NCBI GenBank assembly: GCA_017393285.1
Contig: JAFORL010000106.1
Coordinates: forward strand, 1 to 58,371
Length of the DNA: 58,371 nt
Direction of reading: 5' to 3'
From: Lachnospiraceae bacterium
GTDB lineage: Bacteria; Bacillota; Clostridia; Lachnospirales; Lachnospiraceae
Both the position numbers and the translations under genes were made by a program. Below the pieces are notes generated by a model. The model had not been told where the DNA came from. It did not search any database and was given only the letters and a program-made list of their open reading frames with translations. The stretch's first letter is position 1. Every line of letters starts with the position of its first letter. This document shows, in pieces, positions 1 to 8,305 of this stretch.

Positions 1-963
1 AGTAGTGGCACCAATCATTTGGATCTGACCTCTGGCAAGGGCAGGTTTTAAAATATTGGCAGCATCCATAGCCCCTTCTGCGCCTCCGGCACCAATCATA
101 GTGTGAATCTCATCTACAAAAAGCAGGACATCTGATGCTTTCTCTACTTCGTCAATCAGGCGTTTCATACGATCTTCGAACTCACCACGATATTTGGAAC
201 CCGCCACCATGGCAGAAAGATCCAAAACATGAATCTTCTTGTCTACCACGGAAGAAGGTACGCTACCTTCTGCAATACGAAGGGCCAAACCCTCTACAAT
301 GGCTGTTTTTCCCACTCCAGGCTCACCTACTAAACAAGGATTGTTCTTAGTCCTTCTGCTGATAATCTGTAACACTCTGGTGATTTCCCGTTCTCTGCCA
401 ATGACAGGATCCAGTTTTCCTTCCTTTGCCATAGCAGACAAGTCACGGCTGTATCTGTCCAGCATGCTGGCACCTCTTCTTTGGGGCTGCTCTTCGTAAG
501 TCAGATTATAATCCATAATGGCATTTTCCATAGGCGTACCCATACTAATCAAGGTGTCAACGTATAATTTTCTAATGTCTATATTGCAAGACTCTATCAG
601 ACGGTAGGCCACACATTCTTTTTCTTTTAACAAAGCCAAAAGCAAATGCTCCGTTCCGATTAAAGTATTCCCCAAACGTTTGGCTTCCTGTTGTGCCACC
701 TCCAATACATGTCTTGCACGTATACTATAGTCATGATCCTGTACCATCACTGTACTTTCCTGGTCGATGGTATCATACAACTGTTGTTCTAATTGTTCGT
801 TGGTATATTGATTGAGCTCCAAGGTGTTCTTTGCCACACCGTCCACTACAGTCAACCCCCATAATATATGTTCTGTACCAATATAGCTAAATGGTAGTTC
901 CTGCGCACAATTTCTTGCTTCTTTTAGCGCTTTGTAGGCTCCTTTTGTAAACTGATTTTTCAT
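1..963 (-). CDS. clpC: Clp/Hsp100 AAA+ chaperone ATPase, ClpC-like (first 321 codons; rest of gene lies beyond window start)
   Basis: Own translation from ATG at 963-961: [18 protein letters not shown]... Two Clp_N repeats ([19 protein letters not shown]), then [41 protein letters not shown] (Walker A) and [14 protein letters not shown] (Walker B). Frame is open to position 1. Absent from the ORF track because no stop lies in the window. Confidence 0.85.
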   Translation of the reverse strand, partial: MKNQFTKGAYKALKEARNCAQELPFSYIGTEHILWGLTVVDGVAKNTLELNQYTNEQLEQQLYDTIDQESTVMVQDHDYSIRARHVLEVAQQEAKRLGNTLIGTEHLLLALLKEKECVAYRLIESCNIDIRKLYVDTLISMGTPMENAIMDYNLTYEEQPQRRGASMLDRYSRDLSAMAKEGKLDPVIGREREITRVLQIISRRTKNNPCLVGEPGVGKTAIVEGLALRIAEGSVPSSVVDKKIHVLDLSAMVAGSKYRGEFEDRMKRLIDEVEKASDVLLFVDEIHTMIGAGGAEGAMDAANILKPALARGQIQMIGATT

Positions 964-1035
964 CCTCTACCTCGTTTCTATATTTATTTTCCCTATTGGA
1001 ATACCGAATCCTGTTGCAAGCCCGCTGTCAAAGAC

Positions 1036-1422
1036 TTACGATACAGAATTTCCGTTAAGGTATATTTCATAAATCTGTTCTACCATCTCCAAGGCTACCT
1101 CACGAGGTATGCCTTTTGAAATAGCTTTTGCCAGGCTTAATTTTAATTCTTCTGCCAGTTGCAGCTGTGCTTTTACCTGGTCCACTTCTACTGCAATGAT
1201 TGCGCCATGTCGGCGGTCTACTTTCAGATATCCCTCCTGACGTAGCAATCGATATGCCTTGTTGACCGTATGCATATTAATTCCCACTTCTTCTGCCAGT
1301 TCCCGAACAGAAGGTAAATTATCCCCATCTTTGATTTCTGCGTTGGCGATACCAATGATAATCTGTTTGCATAATTGCAGATAAATGGCTTCTGAACTGT
1401 CAAAATCCACTCGTATTATCAA
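1036..1422 (-). CDS. GntR-family transcriptional regulator, short YtrA-like subtype (128 aa)
   Basis: Winged-HTH signature LPSVRELAEEVGINMHTVNKAYRLLRQEGYLKVDRRHGAIIA. Only about 50 aa follow the HTH, as in YtrA/YhcF-type members. Confidence 0.85.
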   Translation of the reverse strand: MIIRVDFDSSEAIYLQLCKQIIIGIANAEIKDGDNLPSVRELAEEVGINMHTVNKAYRLLRQEGYLKVDRRHGAIIAVEVDQVKAQLQLAEELKLSLAKAISKGIPREVALEMVEQIYEIYLNGNSVS

Positions 1423-1503
1423 CTCAAATCACCTCATTTTACATATATGTCGTAACATTTTCACAGGCTGCCGTGTGGTTACCTCGTCTCACCACTGTTA
1501 TTG

Positions 1504-1542
1504 TTCTATCTATACTATAACAGTTATAGTGATAGAACGCAA
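1504..1542 (-). promoter_or_regulatory. Sigma-A-type promoter with overlapping palindromic operator upstream of the GntR gene
   Basis: Minus strand reads TTGCGT (1542-1537), 17 nt, TATAGT (1519-1514). The spacer and -10 are covered by the inverted repeat ttctatc(tat)actataac / gttatagtgatagaa (1504-1537). Confidence 0.45.
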
Positions 1543-1550
1543 GGTTTTTG

Positions 1551-2603
1551 TCACTTTATTCCTGTAGGTTCTTCTCTTACAAAGTCCAAATATCTGCGAA
1601 AAGCCGTCGGTAATGCATAGCTGGTCTGGAGGTCTTCTTTTTTTACCCAGGTATATCCTTCCGGCAAAATTGGTTTTTGCAGCCGAATCCAGTACCCACG
1701 CATATGCCATTCTATATGGGTAAATATATGGACATAGGGCTCTAATTTTTTTATAGAAATAACTTCTTGTTCCAAGGTCTGTTCTACCTGCTTTTTCGTA
1801 AAGTGCCCTTCTAAATTCGGAAATTGCCACAATCCAGCAAGCAGTCCCTTTTCCGATCTTTTTTGCAAGGCAAAAGTGTCTTCATACTGCAAAAGCAAAA
1901 CCGTGAGTTTCACTTGCTTTCTCTTGCTTTTTTTCGCCTTCACCGGCAATTGCTCCTGTATGCCCTTTTCCCGTGCAATACAACAAAAAGCCAAAGGACA
2001 TTCCTGACACAAAGGTTTCCCATTGGGAATACAAACCATGGCTCCCAAATCCATAATTGCCTGGTTAAAAGCCCCGGCCCGTTCCGGAATAACAGGGAGC
2101 AAGTCTTTTTCCATTTGCTTTTTTACACTGGCTTTTAAAATATCATCATAGCTGCCAGACAAACGTTTCATCACCCGCAGGACATTTCCATCTACTGCTG
2201 GAACCGGAATGCCGTAGGAAATCGAAGCAATCGCGCCGGCAGTGTAACTTCCTATTCCCTTTAATTGTAAAAGTGCCTCAAAATCTGCCGGCAGTTTACC
2301 ATCATACATTTCCATTACCGTCTGTGCTGCAGCTTGTAGATTGCGTACACGATTGTAGTAACCTAAGCCCTCCCAAAGTTTTAATAATTCTTCTTCCGGG
2401 GCTTTTGCTAAATCCTCTATTGTGGGCAGGGCTTCCGTAAATCTGGCAAAATATGCTTTGACGGCTTCTACCCGGGTCTGTTGTAACATAATCTCAGATA
2501 CCCATACATAATAGGGATCCGGATGACTTCTCCAAGGCAATACACGTCCATTTTTATCATACCAGGCTAACAAGGGGGCAACAATTTGATCATATTTGTA
2601 CAT
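1551..2603 (-). CDS. mutY: A/G-specific adenine DNA glycosylase MutY
   Basis: 350 aa. HhH-GPD region (LKGIGSYTAGAIASISYG), 4Fe-4S Cys cluster (CIPNGKPLCQECPLAFCC), NUDIX-like C-terminal domain. Confidence 0.9.
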   Translation of the reverse strand: MYKYDQIVAPLLAWYDKNGRVLPWRSHPDPYYVWVSEIMLQQTRVEAVKAYFARFTEALPTIEDLAKAPEEELLKLWEGLGYYNRVRNLQAAAQTVMEMYDGKLPADFEALLQLKGIGSYTAGAIASISYGIPVPAVDGNVLRVMKRLSGSYDDILKASVKKQMEKDLLPVIPERAGAFNQAIMDLGAMVCIPNGKPLCQECPLAFCCIAREKGIQEQLPVKAKKSKRKQVKLTVLLLQYEDTFALQKRSEKGLLAGLWQFPNLEGHFTKKQVEQTLEQEVISIKKLEPYVHIFTHIEWHMRGYWIRLQKPILPEGYTWVKKEDLQTSYALPTAFRRYLDFVREEPTGIK

Positions 2604-2763
2604 ATCTGCATCCTTTCTTTAGATATCGTGATTTTTTTGAAAGAATTCATATTTTTGTAATATCTATCTTTAGGTAATCTGTGTTTCTTAAGCTGAATAG
2701 ATACAATTTTAGTACCAATGTGTTATTTTTGCAAGGAAAATAGTAGTTGTACTCCCCACAGTT

Positions 2764-3216
2764 TATGAAAGTGATTTGCTCCGCAGCACCGCTGCTCTCG
2801 CAATTCCTGAGCTGTATTCGCAATCCGCCCAATAGGGCTTCTTGCTCATACAGTTCAGGTTATCAAGTAGATATGTTTTTTTGCAAGCAAGCAGTCACAA
2901 CTATATATGAAAGTGATTTGCTCCGCAGCACCGCTGCTCTCGCAACTCCTGAGCTGTATTCACAATCCGCCCAATAGGGCTTCTTGCTCATACAGTTCAG
3001 GTTATCAAGTAGATATGTTTTTTTGCAAGCAAGCAGTCACAACTATATATGATATGAAAGTGATTTGCTCCGCAGCACCGCTGCTCTCGCAACTCCTGAG
3101 CTGTATTCGCAATCCGCCCAATAGGGCTTCTTGCTCATACAGTTCAGGTTATCAAGTAGATATGTTTTTTTGCAAGCAAGCTTGCAAAAAACATATCTAC
3201 TGATAACACTTTCATA
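2764..3216. repeat. Tandem array of 3 units (142-147 bp) followed by an inverted, internally deleted fourth copy
   Basis: Units start with tatgaaagtgatttgctccgcagcaccgctgc at 2764, 2906 and 3053 and are nearly identical. The end of unit 3 plus the inverted copy form a palindrome of about 28 bp per arm, gttatcaagtagatatgtttttttgcaagc / gcttgcaaaaaacatatctactgataac (3148-3207). actttcata (3208-3216) is the reverse complement of the unit start. Confidence 0.9.
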
Positions 3217-3236
3217 GTAAAATTTTTACAAAATTA

Positions 3237-3265
3237 TTGCGATTTTTTTACTTTTGTGTTATAAT
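3237..3265 (+). promoter_or_regulatory. Strong sigma-A-type promoter for the LRR surface-protein gene
   Basis: TTGCGA (3237-3242), 17 nt, TATAAT (3260-3265), with a TG extended -10 (tgtTATAAT). Confidence 0.6.
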
Positions 3266-3560
3266 TATTTAATAACTTTGTCTCAGTTGGAGTTACTATT
3301 TCCGACTGTAAAAACGCGACTCGAGGATGTACTGGAAGTTGTGTTGGCTTCGCTGACGCAAACATTTCGACAGGTCTCGTAGTGCGGACTAAAATTGCAT
3401 GAAACTGGCTTATCATGAAGCAGTTTTTGACACAAAAATGACTAGCAAAACATTTTATAATAGGAGTACCCTACATTTTTGCAAAACATTTTACAATAGG
3501 AGTACCCCATTTTTTGCAAAATACTATAGATTATATATATTTTTTAAGGAGCGTTCAATC

Positions 3561-6500
3561 ATGAGATTTAAACACAAGAATATTGTAGCAGTTCTATTAA
3601 TGATGTCCCTGTTTATTTCTAATTTTGCAGGTACCTTTACGCTGCATCTGCAAGCTGAGTCCAAAGCACCCATTTCTGTTACTGTTTCTAACATATGGAA
3701 CGCCGAATTTGTTAAAAACGATGCCGGCATATACACGCCTTACATCAGCCTTAACGAATCCAATTCTCAAAACACAGCGCTTACTTTTCCAAGCTATAAT
3801 GCTGTAATGGACGCAATAGAATCAAGAGAAGGAACAGGAGAAATACCACATATTTCCCGCCAGCAATGTAGCTCCTATTTGGAAATCGAAAATGGAGAAA
3901 CGTATATGTATCACGAAGCAACTTATTTGGAATTTCCAGATTACTACTCTTATTTTCCTAAGAATTTTATGAGTTCTAACGCGACAAATAATAGCATTAA
4001 AGAATTGAAAATTGAGGAGAGCTCTACCGATATCACTTTGGACACCAGTTGTTTTGCCAACATGGAAGCTTTAGAAACGGTAAACATCAAAGCAAGGTCT
4101 GTTACCTTGAAGGGTTCCGTATTTGCAAATTGTGTAAACTTAAGAGAGATTACCATTACCACAACGAATGGAGGCAGTATTTCTTTCGAGGGTACCGGTA
4201 ATTGTTTCAATGGTTGTGGCAATTTAACCAAGGTTGAGTTGAAGGGCTCTATTCACTTTAGCGGTTCTGCAGCAGAATTTACCAATTCTACCTTCAAAAA
4301 TACCACCCAAAACCAAAACCCGAAAGTAATCTTTGACGGTCCTGTTACCAATGAAGGAACCGTTTTCGAAGGTAGCGGATTGACCAACAATGGTTATGAT
4401 ATCGATTCCGTTAATTTTGTACAGGCTGGCAGCCAATTGTCTGCTAAATTCTTTAACAATTATTCTGCACAAAATATTAATTTTGAAGCCAAATCAATCT
4501 TGCGCAAAGATGCATTTCACGGGAATAACAACTCACAATTGGGCAGTGTTTCTTTCAATGCACCTGTTACTTTTTACAACGGCGCATTTTATTGTGAAAA
4601 AATCACCAATATGTATTTTAATGTAGAAGCAACCGGTAAAGACCAAAACGATAATTTTCCAACCTTGAAAAATAACGAAGGAGACAGTGATAATGTGTGT
4701 ATGGGCTCCTATACAAAACTTACCAACCTTTACCTGAATTACCAAAATTGTGGTCCTACTCGGACAGATATATGTAAAAGTTTAGAATATATGTCTTTCG
4801 GAGATACCACCTCTACTTCTTTGAACATTGACAATATTTATTTTAAAAATCCAAATTTCAAAAAGATTTCCAATGTGACCTACAAACGCTGTGATGGTGG
4901 GGTTACCAATGTGTACGGATACGGTGGTACCTATATAGCAGATGGTTCTGTTATGTATACAAATTTTGAAAATTGGGCCAAGTCCATTAACGGACACTAC
5001 TATAATTACGTGACCGCAGCCAGCAGTACCAATCATTTTCAGATTGACCATTCGGTGATGTATACGGAAAACGATGCTGCACAAACCTATAATTTTAATA
5101 CATTTATTCATGTAGAAACCACTTATGGTGATCCTACTTCGGCACATGCCATCCTGCAGCAGGACATTAATTCAGATACTGTTTATAATGTTCCTATGGA
5201 TCTCACAGGCAATGCCAACCTGGATACCAACTTTGTATACCGCATTTGGAAACTGTACAACCCAACAATGGGCAGCCCTGCAGTAGTAAAACAATATAAC
5301 GAAAAAGCTTATGTTCCAGTAACCCATGAAAAAATGTCTTTATCCATAGGTCAACACGAGTTTTTATTGGAATTTGGTGGTGTCCTTTATCCTTTCACCG
5401 TTACCGTTTCCAATAATTTAGTAACAGAAATCCTATCTGTGTCCAATGCACAGATTGACCAACAGTTAACCTTACCGTATGGAGAAAATGTAACCCCTGA
5501 CATGTTACGGGTCCATGTAAAATACCAAAACGGAGACGAGGCAGATTTGCCTTCCGGTGCCTTTACCATTGATAACAGTGAGATTAAAAGCGAGAATCAA
5601 AAAATCATTATTAACGTACCATCTGCAGAGGATAAGGTACTTCGTGAGGAGTATCAGGTCAAAGGTATTCTTTTGCGTTCCATTCAGGCGAAACCTGCTT
5701 CGGAAGAAACGAATTTGAATTTGACTTATGGGCAAACGGTTACAAAGGATATGTTACGTGTCATTGGTACCTATTCCGACAATACCAAACAAGTGTTGTC
5801 AGCAGATCAATATACATTGGCAGAGCATGAGATTTGTCAGGAGAAAAATTTACTACGTATCACTACAAATTTAGATTCGCCAACGGAAATTTCCACAGAT
5901 ATGATTGTATATGGTTTTCCGGATAAGGTTACTTCTTTTGAAGCCGTTTGTACAAAAAATTCAGCACCGGAAGGTAGCAAGCTGTTAATCAGCGACGTTT
6001 ATTTACAAAATATCAGCTACGAAAACCCTTCTGTTCCAGTATTGACGGAGAAAATTACAGACGGTTTTCAATTCTATGTTAACAATAAACTGGTGGATAG
6101 CTATACCTTACAGGAAGGCAAGAACGAAATTTCTATTTCCTATGGAAATTGTATCATGACGAACATTTTGACCATCAATGGTACGAAAAGTAAAATAACA
6201 AAATTAGAAGCCGTTTATTTGGGTAATGCAAATGAAAATTGTAAGGTTTATGAAAACCAACATGTGCCAATAGAACAATTTGCCTTTTATGCCTACAAAG
6301 AAGATAAGGAGGAACCGGACTTAATCTCAGACACATCTAATATTCAGTTTGAAAGCTATGAAATTGTCGCCGGACAGCAGACAGAAATCTACTTTAACTA
6401 CAACGGGGTTCGTTCGCAATCTCCAATTGTGGTAGACGGATTAAAGGATGGTTTTTCAGAAATCACTTCTGTCAAATATATCGGTTCCAATACCGTGGGT

Positions 6501-7556
6501 TCTACATTGGTCAATACCAAATTTGAAGTTTCGATTCAGATGTTATCCGGTATGGTTTTAAATTCGGAGGATCACCCTGAAATCTTACAGGCTTTGACTT
6601 TCTATCCGAACACCTTGACGACAGAGAGCCTAAATCGAATCAAAGTGGTATATGACAAGTATGATGATAAGAGCAAAGATATCTTTATTTTAGCCGTAGG
6701 CAATCGTGATGCTTCTCCAAGCACCACGCTACCAGCTAGTAGTGTTCCATCTGTAACAAGTCCAACAAATACTACACCTAGTAGCACGCCTTCAACTGAC
6801 AACGATACGAATAACAGAACAGAGCAAGGAAGCAGCCAAACACCAGTAGGAACTGCAAACACAGGAAATATGGCACCTATTACTCTTTCTCCTACTAATA
6901 CAACGGATGACAACGCTGTTCCACAATATACAGGCAACAATGATACCTTGTCAAATACTGGTTTAAATGTTACCAGCCCTGCGCCGACTACGAACGGTCA
7001 AAGCGCTGATTCGAGTGCTTCCTCTTCCGATGTTTCACAATTATCAGCTGCACCGGTTACAAATTCGCCTACCATTGCCAAAGGGTCAAAGTTTTATATA
7101 AGCAATATACAATATCAGGTATTATCTTTGAAAGGCAACGCAGGTACTGTGAAAATTATCGGCTATAAAAATACCGGAAGCATTCAATTAAAAGCAAAAG
7201 TTACTTTTTCTAATTGCAGCTTCCAAGTAGTAGAGATTGGTTCCAAAGCCTTCCAATATGCTACTACAGTAAAAGGTACAGTTATCATACCAAAGAGCGT
7301 TAAGAAAATTGGAGCAAAAGCATTTTATAATTGTCCTAATCTAAAGAAATTAGTCTTTAATAGTGGAATCAGTAAGATTGATAAATATGCATTTTATGGT
7401 TGTAAAAAACTGATGGATGTAGATTTGCGTACAGCAAACACATTGAAAAGGGTAGGAAGCAAAGCCTTTGCAAACGCTGCAAAAGGTCGTAAATTCCGTG
7501 TTAAAAACACCCAGCAGCAATTGAAATTTAGAAAACTGTTTAAACAGGCATTATAA
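3561..7556 (+). CDS. Secreted large surface protein: BspA-type leucine-rich repeats at both ends, central Ig-like repeat modules, Ser/Thr/Pro/Asn-rich linker (1331 aa)
   Basis: Start chosen at ATG 3561 (RBS aaggag 9 nt upstream), giving signal peptide MRFKHKNIVAVLLMMSLFISNFAGTFTLHLQAES. The track ORF starts at 3399 in the same frame but has no RBS. LRR_5-like segments (FANCVNLREITI, IPKSVKKIGAKAFYNCPNLKKLVF, IDKYAFYGCKKLMDVDL). Recurring ~90-aa modules (LTLPYGENVTPDMLRVHVKYQNGDEADL / LNLTYGQTVTKDMLRVIGTYSDNTKQVL). No LPXTG motif seen. Confidence 0.8.
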   Translation: MRFKHKNIVAVLLMMSLFISNFAGTFTLHLQAESKAPISVTVSNIWNAEFVKNDAGIYTPYISLNESNSQNTALTFPSYNAVMDAIESREGTGEIPHISRQQCSSYLEIENGETYMYHEATYLEFPDYYSYFPKNFMSSNATNNSIKELKIEESSTDITLDTSCFANMEALETVNIKARSVTLKGSVFANCVNLREITITTTNGGSISFEGTGNCFNGCGNLTKVELKGSIHFSGSAAEFTNSTFKNTTQNQNPKVIFDGPVTNEGTVFEGSGLTNNGYDIDSVNFVQAGSQLSAKFFNNYSAQNINFEAKSILRKDAFHGNNNSQLGSVSFNAPVTFYNGAFYCEKITNMYFNVEATGKDQNDNFPTLKNNEGDSDNVCMGSYTKLTNLYLNYQNCGPTRTDICKSLEYMSFGDTTSTSLNIDNIYFKNPNFKKISNVTYKRCDGGVTNVYGYGGTYIADGSVMYTNFENWAKSINGHYYNYVTAASSTNHFQIDHSVMYTENDAAQTYNFNTFIHVETTYGDPTSAHAILQQDINSDTVYNVPMDLTGNANLDTNFVYRIWKLYNPTMGSPAVVKQYNEKAYVPVTHEKMSLSIGQHEFLLEFGGVLYPFTVTVSNNLVTEILSVSNAQIDQQLTLPYGENVTPDMLRVHVKYQNGDEADLPSGAFTIDNSEIKSENQKIIINVPSAEDKVLREEYQVKGILLRSIQAKPASEETNLNLTYGQTVTKDMLRVIGTYSDNTKQVLSADQYTLAEHEICQEKNLLRITTNLDSPTEISTDMIVYGFPDKVTSFEAVCTKNSAPEGSKLLISDVYLQNISYENPSVPVLTEKITDGFQFYVNNKLVDSYTLQEGKNEISISYGNCIMTNILTINGTKSKITKLEAVYLGNANENCKVYENQHVPIEQFAFYAYKEDKEEPDLISDTSNIQFESYEIVAGQQTEIYFNYNGVRSQSPIVVDGLKDGFSEITSVKYIGSNTVGSTLVNTKFEVSIQMLSGMVLNSEDHPEILQALTFYPNTLTTESLNRIKVVYDKYDDKSKDIFILAVGNRDASPSTTLPASSVPSVTSPTNTTPSSTPSTDNDTNNRTEQGSSQTPVGTANTGNMAPITLSPTNTTDDNAVPQYTGNNDTLSNTGLNVTSPAPTTNGQSADSSASSSDVSQLSAAPVTNSPTIAKGSKFYISNIQYQVLSLKGNAGTVKIIGYKNTGSIQLKAKVTFSNCSFQVVEIGSKAFQYATTVKGTVIIPKSVKKIGAKAFYNCPNLKKLVFNSGISKIDKYAFYGCKKLMDVDLRTANTLKRVGSKAFANAAKGRKFRVKNTQQQLKFRKLFKQAL

Positions 7557-7574
7557 AATATTTCTTATCAAAAA

Positions 7575-7692
7575 CAAAGAGTTTTGCTTGCAAAACTCTA
7601 GCGCGACCGCGGTATTGCGCAGCAATTAACTCCATCTCCGCGGTCTGCGCATCCTCGCGGAGCGTTTTTTTTGCAATAGGAAATTCTATTAC
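7575..7692 (+). repeat. Dispersed structured element, copy 1 (95-nt GC-rich core plus degenerate aatag/ctatt hairpin)
   Basis: caaagagttttgcttgcaaaactctagcgcgaccgcggtattgcgcagcaattaactccatctccgcggtctgcgcatcctcgcggagcgtttttttt. The same core occurs at 15491 and 57793. Confidence 0.85.
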
Positions 7693-7693
7693 C

Positions 7694-7732
7694 AAAAACT
7701 GCTAGTTCAATTTATGAACTAGCAGTTTTTTT
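7694..7732. terminator. Bidirectional intrinsic terminator between the convergent LRR gene and the PT-rich membrane protein gene
   Basis: aaaaactgctagttcaatttatgaactagcagttttttt: 11-bp perfect stem flanked by an A-run and a T-run. Confidence 0.7.
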
Positions 7733-7759
7733 ATAATCACAATCTATAAAACCAAGAAG

Positions 7760-8305
7760 CTATTCTACTTCGTAATCCCCTTTATCATCATCTACTACAA
7801 ACGGATCTTCCTCTTTCTTCGGTTGTTTGGTAACGACCGGTGCCTTGGTAACCACCACTGGCGCTTTCGTAATCACTGGTTTCGGTGTAACTACAACCGG
7901 TGCCTTTGTCACGCTCTTGGTTGGTTTTGGCTTCCTTGTCTTCTTTGGTTTTCTCGTCGGTTTCGGTGTCTTCTTCGGAGTTGCAGTCGGTGCTACTGTA
8001 GGCTCTGGTGTCTCTGTCACCGCTTGGGTGGTTACTACCATTACTTTGGTAGGTTTCTCCGGCTGCCGTAATAAATAAATAGAGGCAAGCAATATAGTGA
8101 CCCCACATACCAAGGTAATAATTGCAGTAGCACATTTTACAATCTTATCTTTTCTTTCTTGTGCATGTAACATTAAGAAGCCTTCATCTAATGTTACCTT
8201 CTTTCTTTCTGTTTCAAAAGAAATATTTACCACATCTCTCGGCTCATATCCCTCCTCCACAAGAATACGATTTTGCTTCGGGGTCATGGACTCTTTACCA
8301 GGCAT
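7760..8305 (-). CDS. Single-pass membrane protein with Pro/Thr/Lys/Val-rich extracellular tail (181 aa from the chosen start)
   Basis: Start at ATG 8305 (RBS gaggggag 6 nt upstream) overlaps the kinase stop by 11 nt. TM segment AIITLVCGVTILLASIYLL. Tail TPKKTPKPTRKPKKTRKPKPTKSVTKAPVVVTPKPVITKAPVVVTKAPVVTKQPKK. The low-complexity region also opens other frames. Confidence 0.6.
   Translation of the reverse strand: MPGKESMTPKQNRILVEEGYEPRDVVNISFETERKKVTLDEGFLMLHAQERKDKIVKCATAIITLVCGVTILLASIYLLRQPEKPTKVMVVTTQAVTETPEPTVAPTATPKKTPKPTRKPKKTRKPKPTKSVTKAPVVVTPKPVITKAPVVVTKAPVVTKQPKKEEDPFVVDDDKGDYEVE

Noticed and set aside
2747-3203. Two plus-strand ORFs (76 and 98 aa) with repeated MKVICSAAPLLSQLLSCI... 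peptides
   Set aside because: They simply read through the 145-bp tandem units. There is no RBS, and the stop and start positions follow the repeat phase.
3290-3400. c-di-GMP-I (GEMM-I) riboswitch in the LRR gene leader
   Set aside because: Only loose matches to the conserved ACGCACAGGGCAAACC / GGGACGCAAAGCC segments (acgcgac... / ctgacgcaaac...). I could not build the P1/P2 helices with the tetraloop and receptor by eye, so it is left as an unclassified leader.
7788-8135. Alternative-frame ORFs (115 aa on the minus strand; 82 and 83 aa on the plus strand) over the Pro/Thr/Lys-rich gene
   Set aside because: The repetitive, codon-biased low-complexity DNA keeps several frames open. Only the frame with a TM segment, an RBS and coupling to the kinase is plausible.
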